64,000 nucleotides of DNA, from positions 51,696 to 115,695 of the forward strand of contig JAVZMI010000001.1 in the NCBI GenBank assembly GCA_038883335.1, written 5' to 3'. Source of the stretch: Candidatus Bathyarchaeia archaeon (GTDB lineage: Archaea; Thermoproteota; Bathyarchaeia; Hecatellales; Hecatellaceae). Below the pieces are notes generated by a model that did not search any database, was not told the DNA's origin, and worked only from the letters and a program-made list of their open reading frames with translations. Positions within the stretch are counted from its first letter, which is position 1. The number at the start of each line of letters is the position of its first letter. Position numbers and translations under genes: made by a program. This document shows positions 40,322-48,853 of the stretch, one piece after another.

Positions 40322-40624
40322 TCAGTCTGTCTCTGTGAGTGGGGTTTTTTCACCTTGGAAGTGGGCTTCTCTAGAGTTTAAGTATATAAGCTTCAGCCTT
40401 GGGAAGACTTGTTTTAGACCAGCTGTCTCAAAATAACTGTCTCTGGATCCTAAGAGGGCGGTGTACTCTTTTTTAGGATCCAACCCAAGGTTATCAATTA
40501 TATCGTATCCTAATTCTTTCCCAAGTTCCATGGAGGCGAAAGCAACTTTCGTCGGGGATATACTTCGCCTTATGATTGTTATACATTTCCTAGCTACAGG
40601 CGACTTCGAGATGTAAATTTTCAT
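40322..40624 (-). CDS. Hypothetical protein
   Basis: 100 aa. It is the first gene of the minus-strand operon 40624->38425. Confidence 0.25.
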   Translation of the reverse strand: MKIYISKSPVARKCITIIRRSISPTKVAFASMELGKELGYDIIDNLGLDPKKEYTALLGSRDSYFETAGLKQVFPRLKLIYLNSREAHFQGEKTPLTETD

Positions 40625-40843
40625 TCAACATTCCTCTACGCAGCATTTTCTTTCCATTATTTTACGAGTATAGATCTATTATGAGGTTATTTATAAATTT
40701 TGTGCACGTATAACTAAAATAATTGAAAAATAATCTATTAAAATCAATATTTTTTTAAAATAGATGTTTTTTGAGGTTATTTTTTATGTTTTTAACTCTC
40801 GGGCTTCAGAAAATATAAATTCTGAATTCCTGAATATTATTAT

Positions 40844-41158
40844 GTGGCAAGGTTGTCCGAAGAGAACCTTTGGAGTCAACTTAGACTCCTATCTCAAAAG
40901 GATGTAAGAAGAGTTTTATGCGAACTTTGCTTAGCCCCTGGTAGGAAAATGTCGCTTAAAGACCTAGCCTCTAGAACAGGGATCCCTTACACAACCGTAT
41001 ACCAGAAGATACAAGCAATGAGATCCGCAAGCCTGATTGATATGAAAGGAACGAAAAGAGAAGGCTTCACTGTCTATTTGAGAGACTTCGAACTACCGCC
41101 ACTTACCCCTGAAAGAATATGCGAGTTGGAGGGACGACCACTACCCAACATATTATGA
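40844..41158 (+). CDS. Winged-helix transcriptional regulator (ArsR/MarR-like)
   Basis: 104 aa with the HTH MSLKDLASRTGIPYTTVYQKIQAMRSASLI. Confidence 0.5.
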   Translation: MARLSEENLWSQLRLLSQKDVRRVLCELCLAPGRKMSLKDLASRTGIPYTTVYQKIQAMRSASLIDMKGTKREGFTVYLRDFELPPLTPERICELEGRPLPNIL

Positions 41159-41823
41159 GAGGGCAGATCTTGAAAGGAAACTATGTGGTCGTAGGGCTCA
41201 CCAATGAAAATGTTTGGAAAGAAGCTTTAAGATGCATTCGTAGAAATGGAGAATATATTACGGACCCTCAAAATCTAGAGAAAACCCAGGAGGTTCTAAA
41301 TCTAATCACCAGCATATTGAAGCCCTCTAACACGCTGCCTAGAGCATTCTCTAGAGACACGAAGATCAACGATCACCCCCACCTATTAGAAGGTCTAGTC
41401 AGACCTATCCCCGGCTTTAGCCCAGGAACACATCTCTGGGAATGGGCACTCCCTAGAGGACGACTGAATCAGATCGAAGATAACGTGACGAAAGTTCTCA
41501 GAAACAATCTACTCAGCCGCCGTGCAGTGGCATTAACTTTCCATCCAGGGATGGACTCTGAGCACATCCTCAACCCCCGCTATAGCTTCCCAGCTATACA
41601 GATTGTTGACTTCAAGTATAGGGAAGGGAGTCTACATCTGACCGCCTACCTGAGGTCTTGTGACATATATTCTTGGTGGCCGATAAACGTCGTCCAAGCC
41701 TACAGACTCCTCAAGAAAGTAGGAGAGAAACTTGACTTAAGTATAGGAACGCTCACATTGATGATCAGTAGCGCCCATGTCAAAGCAAGAAACCTAAAAA
41801 GGATTGAAACAATACTAGTTTAA
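41155..41823 (+). CDS. Thymidylate synthase (ThyA-fold) homolog lacking the catalytic cysteine
   Basis: 222 aa. It aligns by eye to E. coli ThyA. RRAVALTFHPG matches RRIIVSAWN, AYLRSCDIYSWWPINVVQAYRLL matches [22 protein letters not shown], and GTLTLMISSAHV matches GDFVWTGGDTHLY. The nucleophile motif P-C-H is replaced by P-R-Y. The start was taken at the internal ATG 41155; the ORF begins at 41119. Confidence 0.6.
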   Translation: MRGQILKGNYVVVGLTNENVWKEALRCIRRNGEYITDPQNLEKTQEVLNLITSILKPSNTLPRAFSRDTKINDHPHLLEGLVRPIPGFSPGTHLWEWALPRGRLNQIEDNVTKVLRNNLLSRRAVALTFHPGMDSEHILNPRYSFPAIQIVDFKYREGSLHLTAYLRSCDIYSWWPINVVQAYRLLKKVGEKLDLSIGTLTLMISSAHVKARNLKRIETILV

Positions 41824-42107
41824 CTTAGAAGTTTCAAACTGATGGAAAATTCTACTAAAAAAATAGGGGTATACATTCACCTTTTCCAATTTTTCTATTA
41901 GGAGTGGGGGGTTCTGGGGGAAATAAATAAAGTTGACAATTACCCAACAGTTTATCAACCTCATTTTAAATAATTAAAGAAATGGTGAGAAAGCTTGGCT
42001 AAGTCGAGGTCGACATATTGGGTTTTCCCCTACGCTAATGTTGTGGTTAAAACCCAAGAGCGGCAAGAGCGGAAGTAACCCCGTTCCCCCTATCCTTCCA
42101 CCAGCCT

Positions 42108-42818
42108 CTACTTCACTGGGTGATACCGAACCTCGAAACCTACCTCTTTTTTGGGTGGAAAGAAATAGTCACGCATTTTGATCAGGATGTTAACCATTTC
42201 TTTCGCCCAAGGCAACAGTTTAACCTCTTCACCAGTCTCTTCCAACCTTCGGAGACAGTTAACGAACCGCTCAGCCTCTTCTCTTCCTACATCAGAACTA
42301 TGGGGGGAAGGAGACGTGGAAACCTTCCATTCGACCCAAAACAGTAGAGGCACATAGTCGGAAACTTCGAGCTCTTCAAAGTTCACCTTTAACAGGATGC
42401 CGTAGAAGACCTCGGGGAATGTTTTTCTCAAAAACTTGAACAGTGCGTCTACTGCAGTTTTTAACGGCTCATGGCTTACTGGGAAATTCTCCATCAGAGT
42501 ATAGTTGACGTTATGTTTCTCTTCGACCTGTGCCACCTTGGAGATGGGTAGGAGCCCCCACCTTAGAAGGTTAACCACACCATGTTGAGTTAAACCGTAA
42601 AGTTCACGTCTACGACCCCAAGAGCCCTTCTCTCTCACTGGAAGAGCGAAGCCTTTTTTCTCTATGAACCGAGCCCATTTTGACATGAAAATGTGCATAT
42701 AGCCCCTACCAACTATGTCTGCCAGCTCACTCCAACAGAGAGGACCTCTCTCAATAAGCCTCAAAAAGGCTTCTTTTGCTTTTTTATGTCTTAAAAGAGG
42801 AGATTGACCAACCAACAT
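42108..42818 (-). CDS. Hypothetical protein with a possible N-terminal wHTH
   Basis: 236 aa. The N-terminus LRLIERGPLCWSELADIVG is HTH-like. The rest was not recognised. Confidence 0.3.
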   Translation of the reverse strand: MLVGQSPLLRHKKAKEAFLRLIERGPLCWSELADIVGRGYMHIFMSKWARFIEKKGFALPVREKGSWGRRRELYGLTQHGVVNLLRWGLLPISKVAQVEEKHNVNYTLMENFPVSHEPLKTAVDALFKFLRKTFPEVFYGILLKVNFEELEVSDYVPLLFWVEWKVSTSPSPHSSDVGREEAERFVNCLRRLEETGEEVKLLPWAKEMVNILIKMRDYFFPPKKEVGFEVRYHPVK

Positions 42819-42896
42819 AATGGTTCACTAGATCCTAAGATTCACTATACCATTACTATTATATAAGGTTTTCGCTCATTTTTAATTTGACCAACT

Positions 42897-43100
42897 ATGG
42901 ATAAAGGAAAAGGGGTTAATCGACTCATCTATCTTCCAAACCAGATAGATGAAATCGTAGAAACCACTAGAAGAAGACTTGGCTATTCGAGAAGTAGCTT
43001 CTACCGTTACGCCGTAACGCTCCTTCTCCAAGACCTCAACATTCTAACGAAGACCGTGAACGCTTCAATCGAGAAGGAGGGGGAAACGAAAAATGTCTGA
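42897..43100 (+). CDS. Ribbon-helix-helix (CopG/Arc/MetJ-like) DNA-binding protein
   Basis: 67 aa. VNRLIYLPNQIDEIVETTRRRLGYSRSSFYRYAV fits the beta-strand plus two helices of an RHH. Such proteins are common in archaeal plasmids and viruses. Confidence 0.45.
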   Translation: MDKGKGVNRLIYLPNQIDEIVETTRRRLGYSRSSFYRYAVTLLLQDLNILTKTVNASIEKEGETKNV

Positions 43101-43348
43101 GACCAACCCACGCCTAGAACTGTGCCCAGAATGCGGAAGAAAGCTCAGGGAACTCCTTTTGCCGAAGCTCGAGCGGCTAGAAGCACTTCTCAAGTCGAGA
43201 TAACAAAGAAAAAGAGGAGGAAAAACGTGGTAAATAAGTATAAACATAAAGAGGCTTTTAAACGTTTCTTTAAGGAATTATGCCCCTTCGCCATCGAAGC
43301 CAATGGATCCGTTAACTGCTTCGCCATCGAAGACGCCATCGGGTTCTG

Positions 43349-45709
43349 TTGTTGCCCACGTCTCCTCAACGCTCTGAGAGAAACCCCCCCATCAACCAAA
43401 AAGGTGAAACGGAGATGAGCGAAGCGGCTAACCAAACTTGTAAAACATGCGGAGCGATCATGGAGCGGGGGAAGTGCCCCAAATGCACACCTTTTGAAGA
43501 GTTTATTAACCTTCCACTGGCGTCATGTGTGAATTGCGGTCACTATTTAGGCTTAGAGTGCCCCAGAGCTTCAATACACCAAGAGAATAGGCGAACCCGC
43601 ACCTTCACTGCAGACGACTATAAAATCTGTGAAAAGTGGACGTTAGCCATCAGAACTGCGGATGGCACAGTTTATAGACCTCTGGTGAACAAGGGAATCT
43701 CCGCTCATCCAGCCTCTCTCTTCCATAGCGGAGAAAACGGCATCATAGTTGGTGAGCTGACCTTCGCCCGTTCAGAAGTGGAAAAAACAAAGAAGGAAGA
43801 CCCAATAAAGACTAGAGAGATAACCGTTTATCTTTTTTGGTGCCACCACCACAACCACGAGCTCCAACTTTACTTTAAATCGCTCAGTGCAGTGGACGCC
43901 ATTCCCTATGGTGATAAAGAGATCTACCTCGAGAAGGATAACCTTGTGAAAGACCCAATTCAGACGTTGATACCGTTAGAGACTGTGGAGCGGGTTGCGG
44001 CTAGCCCTGAAGAGGCAAACAAAGAAGCGGAGTTCCCCGCAATTTTCAGACAGGTAAAGACAGAGCTCAGACGTTTTCTCAACCTAGAGTGGGATCCACG
44101 GCTTTACGATTTATTGGCATGTTACATTATCGCAACATACTTCTTCGACGCATTCCAAACGTTCCCATGGCTTTATTTCTATGGCTTTCAGGGATGCGGA
44201 AAAACAAGAGGAGCCCTAACGGTCACATATATGGCTAGACACGGTCACATGGTCACAAAACCGAGTGACGCTTCCATCTTCCGACTATGCCACGCCATCA
44301 AGCCCACCTTATGTGTGGACGAGGGACTGTTAGGACGGTCAGCTTGGAGTTTCGCCCGATCCACATTCAAGAAAGGCGTCAAGGTTCCACGAGTCGAGAA
44401 GACCCCACGAGAAGAGTTCGTTATTTCGCTCTTCGACTTGTACATGCCACTAGTCTTCGCTTCAACTAAGAAGCCCACTGAAGCGGGGGGGTTGAATGCG
44501 GATGAGGCACGTGCAATATTCATCCACATGGAACGAGCTCGAGACCCTATAGGTCGGGATCCCACGCCAGAAGACTTTGCCGCTCTAAGAGATCGGCTCT
44601 ACATGTTGCGGCTCTTCAAGGCTAAATGTGTCGTCGAGACGTCTAAGAACATTAATGTTCCGTTTCTGGGACATGAACGAGAAATATGGACGCCCATCTT
44701 CACGATTGCCAACTTAGTTGGGAAGGACGTTCTCTCTTCTCTCTATAAACTAGCAAACGACCTGTACGCTTCAAAGTTTGTAGAGTTAAATGTGAAAGAG
44801 AAGACAATACTTGACGCCATAGCCCTCCTATTCAAAGAAACGAACGAAAAAATTGTGTGTTTCACACCTTCTTCTCTTCAAGCGTACATCAAAACTGTGC
44901 TTATAGAAAGCGGAGAGTACGACGAACTCCACTTTCCAAAGATATGGAACGTGTATCTCATAGGCAGGCTCCTTTCAAGGATGAAACTCACACCCAAACG
45001 GGACACGGCTCGAAAATACTATATCACCCAGCCTCAGTTCGCCAAGCTTGAAAAACAATTTGGTATAGAGCTCGACGTTTTCGACGTTTTCGACGTTAAT
45101 GTGGAAGAACCATCTACCCCCACTTCAGACCCCAATACCCTATCCCTAAAATTAACGTCGAATTCGTCGAATTCGTCGAACGATAAAAAAGAAAGCTTAG
45201 ACAACGCCTCTTTAAACGAAAAAACCTTAGAAAAAGGCGAATTTAGAGATAGTGTTAAAAATAAAGCTTCTCAACCTGAAATAGAAGCTAAAAAAGACGA
45301 ACAGACCGCTCTAGAGAGTGAAAGTTTCGACGTTTTCGACGTTTTCGACGTTAATGTGGAAGAACCCCCTACCCCCACTTCAGACCCCAATACCCTATCC
45401 CTAAAATTAACGTCGAATTCGTCGAATTCGTCGAACGACGAGAGGGGGAACGGCTCTCATGGTGGCTTTAATGATGTTTCTTGCGGCACTTCTAACAGTG
45501 GTTCTGTTGGCGTTTCTAGTGAGGTTTCTAGTTGCACTGTAGAGAAGCACCACTGTCTCACAACGGAGGGTAGTGAACCTCAACCGATGGTCAGTGGAGT
45601 ACCAGGTCTCCCACCAAGGTTCAAATGTGAGATCTGTGGACGGAAGTTCCGTTTCCCCTACGATGTGCTCTCACATAAGCAAACCGACCACGGTTTAAAG
45701 GTGGTCTAA
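43349..45709 (+). CDS. Element-encoded Zn-finger/P-loop NTPase (putative replication helicase or initiator) with a C-terminal tandem-repeat region and a C2H2 zinc finger
   Basis: 786 aa. The N-terminal Zn-ribbons are CKTCG...CPKC and CVNCGH...C. Walker A is GFQGCGKT and Walker B is LCVDEG. It is followed by two copies of FDVFDVFDVNVEEP(S/P)TPTSDPNTLSLKLTSNSSNSSND and a terminal C2H2 finger FKCEICGRKFRFPYDVLSHKQTDH. Confidence 0.55.
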   Translation: MLPTSPQRSERNPPINQKGETEMSEAANQTCKTCGAIMERGKCPKCTPFEEFINLPLASCVNCGHYLGLECPRASIHQENRRTRTFTADDYKICEKWTLAIRTADGTVYRPLVNKGISAHPASLFHSGENGIIVGELTFARSEVEKTKKEDPIKTREITVYLFWCHHHNHELQLYFKSLSAVDAIPYGDKEIYLEKDNLVKDPIQTLIPLETVERVAASPEEANKEAEFPAIFRQVKTELRRFLNLEWDPRLYDLLACYIIATYFFDAFQTFPWLYFYGFQGCGKTRGALTVTYMARHGHMVTKPSDASIFRLCHAIKPTLCVDEGLLGRSAWSFARSTFKKGVKVPRVEKTPREEFVISLFDLYMPLVFASTKKPTEAGGLNADEARAIFIHMERARDPIGRDPTPEDFAALRDRLYMLRLFKAKCVVETSKNINVPFLGHEREIWTPIFTIANLVGKDVLSSLYKLANDLYASKFVELNVKEKTILDAIALLFKETNEKIVCFTPSSLQAYIKTVLIESGEYDELHFPKIWNVYLIGRLLSRMKLTPKRDTARKYYITQPQFAKLEKQFGIELDVFDVFDVNVEEPSTPTSDPNTLSLKLTSNSSNSSNDKKESLDNASLNEKTLEKGEFRDSVKNKASQPEIEAKKDEQTALESESFDVFDVFDVNVEEPPTPTSDPNTLSLKLTSNSSNSSNDERGNGSHGGFNDVSCGTSNSGSVGVSSEVSSCTVEKHHCLTTEGSEPQPMVSGVPGLPPRFKCEICGRKFRFPYDVLSHKQTDHGLKVV
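45072..45438. repeat. Two 112-nt near-identical direct repeats (45072-45183 and 45327-45438, period 255 nt) inside the 786-aa ORF, with embedded micro-repeats (tcgacgtttt x2.5; tcgaattcg x2)
   Basis: The copies were aligned directly. They differ only in ccatct versus ccccct. They encode the duplicated low-complexity protein segment. Confidence 0.8.
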
Positions 45710-46657
45710 ATGCGGAGAGAAGACTTCTGGTTTGAGTGGTTCGGCTTGTTCGGCAGAGAGGTTGGTAACCCGTTTCGGTTCTTCGTAGACAACCCTATAG
45801 ATTTCGTCAAGTTTGTTGAGAAATGTGAAGCGGCGAAGTCTCCAGTCTTCATGTCAGTGAACCATTATCGGGATCGAGACACGGTTTACGCTCTCGACAA
45901 GCTTTTCTTCGATTTTGACAACGCAACAGAGCCTGAGAAAGCCATCTATGAGGCTCTCCAGTTCGCAGAGATTTTAAAACGGTTCTACCATGCGGAGCCC
46001 TTAATCGTTCGCTCAGGTCTCAAAGGTGCGGGTGTCTACGTTTTCTTTCCACAAGCCATAACTGGAGCCCCCGAAGACTTAGCAGAGGTCTATCGCAAAG
46101 TCGCCAGCCTCATCTTGAAGGGTCTCCAGTTCTCCACGTTAGACCATCAGGTTCTGGGGGACGTTAAACGGCTAAGTCGGGTTCCTTATACACGCCACGA
46201 GAAGAGCGGTCAAATGTGCATCCCCATAAACGAGAAAGGAGTGGAAGTCAACCTGAGCGGGGAAGACTTGGCGAAAATCAGAGAGAGAAGCCCCCTACCC
46301 GCTCACATGCTCAAACTTGCATGGCACCACATCTTCTTGGAGCGGAAGGTGAGAGCGGGGGAAGGAAACCGCAACCAAGCCCCCCCTTTCAATAAGATTA
46401 GAACACCAGTTCAAGACCTCATATTGTTAGCTAAGGCTGGAGCCCACCTTTCCCACCACGGATACCTAGCCATACTCTTCGAACTCATCAACAACGGTTA
46501 CACAGACGACCAGATCCTTTCCCTCTTTAGAACGCTCTTCAAATCCAAGTTTAACGAGAAAGAGACCCGCTACTTCATCACGCATGCCCGAAAGAAACGC
46601 TACCTACCCTTCAGCATCTCACGGGTAAAACATGAACTAAATCTACTCTCACCTTAG
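45710..46657 (+). CDS. Archaeo-eukaryotic primase (AEP/prim-pol) superfamily protein
   Basis: 315 aa. It has the catalytic acidic motif LFFDFDN (hhhDhD), SGLKGAGVYVFF (SGxRG-like motif II) and LSRVPYTRHEKSG (motif III). Its start abuts the stop of the upstream NTPase gene. Confidence 0.6.
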   Translation: MRREDFWFEWFGLFGREVGNPFRFFVDNPIDFVKFVEKCEAAKSPVFMSVNHYRDRDTVYALDKLFFDFDNATEPEKAIYEALQFAEILKRFYHAEPLIVRSGLKGAGVYVFFPQAITGAPEDLAEVYRKVASLILKGLQFSTLDHQVLGDVKRLSRVPYTRHEKSGQMCIPINEKGVEVNLSGEDLAKIRERSPLPAHMLKLAWHHIFLERKVRAGEGNRNQAPPFNKIRTPVQDLILLAKAGAHLSHHGYLAILFELINNGYTDDQILSLFRTLFKSKFNEKETRYFITHARKKRYLPFSISRVKHELNLLSP

Positions 46658-46669
46658 GGGGACAGGCAT

Positions 46670-46972
46670 ATGAAGAAACATGTTCAACCATGCGGAAGAG
46701 GCAAAACTAAGCCTCAGACCCCTACCCTCCAAACGAAAAAACCCCCCGAAAAAACCGTGAAACCCGAACCGAACAAGAAGCGGAGAAGAGAAAAGAGAGC
46801 CCGCACACCAGTAGAATACCTCGTAGCATTCGAGAACGCCAACCTCATAGTGGAAGCCTCTTTCGCTACACCACCAAATAGAGCCGCACATAAAATTTTC
46901 CAGATTCAACAAGGTCTCCGCAAGTTCAACAGAAGCACCCGCACAGTGAAGAGAAAACTTGGCATAGTATAA
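46670..46972 (+). CDS. Small lysine/arginine-rich protein, hypothetical
   Basis: 100 aa, very basic and proline-rich at the N-terminus (KKPPEKTVKPEPNKKRRREKRAR). It may be nucleic-acid binding. Confidence 0.25.
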   Translation: MKKHVQPCGRGKTKPQTPTLQTKKPPEKTVKPEPNKKRRREKRARTPVEYLVAFENANLIVEASFATPPNRAAHKIFQIQQGLRKFNRSTRTVKRKLGIV

Positions 46973-47171
46973 CCCCCCGCTTCACGCTTGCGAGGTGAAA
47001 AAGATGGGTAAGAAACTCAAGAAGAAAGATTAAACCGTGAAGGTTAGAGGCACCCCCTCATCCCCCAACCTTTTTTCTCTCTTCAACCATATGCCTTAAG
47101 GAGAGGTCTCATCCAGTATGGTTGGGGAACCCATACAACCAGTTCATCCACGTCTCACTCAACTCACTCTG

Positions 47172-47244
47172 TCATATTATAATATGACAAAGTGTCTTAA
47201 ACTTGAAAAGTATGGATATTGAACAAAAGAATGATTTTGTTCAA
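47172..47244. promoter_or_regulatory. Two perfect palindromes in the element intergenic region: tgtcatattataatatgaca (20 bp) and ttgaacaaaa-gaatga-ttttgttcaa (10-bp arms)
   Basis: Both were read directly from the sequence. They lie in a 410-nt non-coding stretch downstream of the convergent gene pair 46670..46972 and int. Confidence 0.35.
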
Positions 47245-47385
47245 TGGGTCTCAGTCTTCCCATACAGAGTCGGCTTTTTAGTGTAGATTGAGAACCAATG
47301 TTCCCCTTCTACACATGTGATCCTGTTATTGTTAGTTAAGGTAAACTGGTTATTTTAGAGGCTTCTATTAGTTAAAATAAACTGG

Positions 47386-48633
47386 TTAAGTTAGAAGCTT
47401 CCTTATCTCCGCAACCTCTTCCAACGCCCTGTTAATCCTTCCAGTGAGCTCCGTGTTCTCCAACTCCAACCTTGCCATCCTGCTCTTAAGCTCCAAGTTT
47501 TCTGCAGAGAGGTTCTCTATCACCTTCTGGAGGCTTTGGATGCGTTCATCCACCTTGGCGTCAACCTTCCTCTCAATCTCCGACGGGTCGACTGGAGGGG
47601 GGGTTATGCTCAGTAAGCGTTCCCGTTCGAGATACATCTTCCTGAGGCTCTCAAACTGGAGCCCTTTATACGCTTCCGCCATCTCTCCGATTGCATGCCC
47701 TAACCAGAAGTCAACTATGGTGTCTGGTACGCCTGAGTTAATCATTATGCTACCGAAGCTTTCACGCAAGGCATGGGGACTTAACGGGTTGATGTCTCTA
47801 CCGTTATTATAGGGGTCTATGAAGCCCGCCTTTAATGCCACCTCTCTCAACATGTTCTGGACTAGGTGTGGTTGAAGTGGAGCCCCATGTGGTCGTTCCC
47901 TTTGGAATAGTGGCGAACCGTCTTGAAGCTTCACACCTCTGGCTTCAAGGTCTCGGAGGTAGACTTTGACTGCTTCTATTGCGTCACGCCCAAGGAATGT
48001 GAAATATTCCACTCCAGTTTTCGGTCGGTAGAGGTCTAGCTTGAGGGGGATCTCTCCAGACTCGAGACCTCTCCGTATGTCTCCATATTTGAGACTGCAC
48101 AGTGTCGAGACATCCATCCCGCTTTGAAACATGGTGAGAATGACGGCTTTGTCACGGGGGTTCCTTGCATGATCCACCAACAACTTGACCTGACTAGAGC
48201 TCAACCTCATCCTTCGGTTGGTTACCTTCGGTTTGGGAAGCCTGTAGCGGCCCTTAAGGCGCACTTCAACGTCGAAAGTCGAGTAGAAGCTTCTTATGGC
48301 GGTTATGTAGAGGTTTGCGGCTTTATCGCTCAAACCCTTCTTGACTTCTGTATGTTCGCATCTTCCACGCCTTTTTATGGGGTAATCCTTTTTCAAATAT
48401 TGGTAGAACCCGACTATCCTGTTGAGGACTATGCCACGCCTTTGGCGTATGTCTCTGGTTTGGTCTTCTACGGCTTCGTCGATGAGTTGGCTTGCGGTTA
48501 GACCTGTGAAGGCTAGGTATGCTCTGATGGCGGTTTTGTAGCTTGCTTTGGTAGACGGTTTAGTTACGGGGTCAAGCCACCTTGATATGGCGGGGTCTTC
48601 TAAGTTTATCAGCTCAATTTGTGGAGACGACAT
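47386..48633 (-). CDS. int: Tyrosine recombinase/integrase (phage-integrase family), full length
   Basis: 415 aa with an N-terminal SAM-like domain. The C-terminal catalytic domain has R...HALRESFGS (H-x-x-R)...GHAIGEMAEAYKG with a terminal Tyr region. The gene is not split, which points to a pNOB8-type integrase. Confidence 0.8.
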   Translation of the reverse strand: MSSPQIELINLEDPAISRWLDPVTKPSTKASYKTAIRAYLAFTGLTASQLIDEAVEDQTRDIRQRRGIVLNRIVGFYQYLKKDYPIKRRGRCEHTEVKKGLSDKAANLYITAIRSFYSTFDVEVRLKGRYRLPKPKVTNRRMRLSSSQVKLLVDHARNPRDKAVILTMFQSGMDVSTLCSLKYGDIRRGLESGEIPLKLDLYRPKTGVEYFTFLGRDAIEAVKVYLRDLEARGVKLQDGSPLFQRERPHGAPLQPHLVQNMLREVALKAGFIDPYNNGRDINPLSPHALRESFGSIMINSGVPDTIVDFWLGHAIGEMAEAYKGLQFESLRKMYLERERLLSITPPPVDPSEIERKVDAKVDERIQSLQKVIENLSAENLELKSRMARLELENTELTGRINRALEEVAEIRKLLT

Positions 48634-48853
48634 TTACTCCTCCTCATATCCTTTCTGGAAAATAAATAACTTCATTGAATTTAAAGGTTATGTTACAGGT
48701 TAAACTAGACAATACTCAAATAAATCAGGTCGGATGTTCGATGAATACCTATGTAATCCTATACTGAATGATTAAGTTTAAGCCTTTTTGATTATTCCCT
48801 CGGTGGGGAAAATGTAATATGCTAATACGTCGTTAATTCGTATTTGAGTCGAA

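Larger units (their letters stand above)
40630..48850. mobile_element. Putative integrated plasmid/virus-like element (about 8.2 kb), pNOB8-type in that the integrase is intact
   Basis: The element is bounded by strongly AT-rich tracts (40630-40850 and 48634-48853). It contains a wHTH regulator, a ribbon-helix-helix protein, a ThyA-like protein, a Zn-finger/P-loop NTPase, an AEP-type primase, a basic protein and a tyrosine integrase. A tRNA-Thr gene lies 1.3 kb downstream. No att direct repeats were found by eye. Confidence 0.5.

Noticed and set aside
40630-40850. Direct repeats of the tRNA-Thr 3' half, as att sites, at the element borders
   Set aside because: No copy of GGTTCAAATCCCGCC or of the acceptor 3' strand was found at either AT-rich border by eye, so the integration site remains unassigned.
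43122-43418. 98-aa Lys/Arg-rich ORF, and an overlapping 36-aa Zn-ribbon ORF (43095..43205, MSETNPRLELCPECGRK...)
   Set aside because: The two overlap in different frames. Neither has decisive evidence, so I left both uncalled rather than choose. The 36-aa CPECG ribbon is slightly more protein-like.
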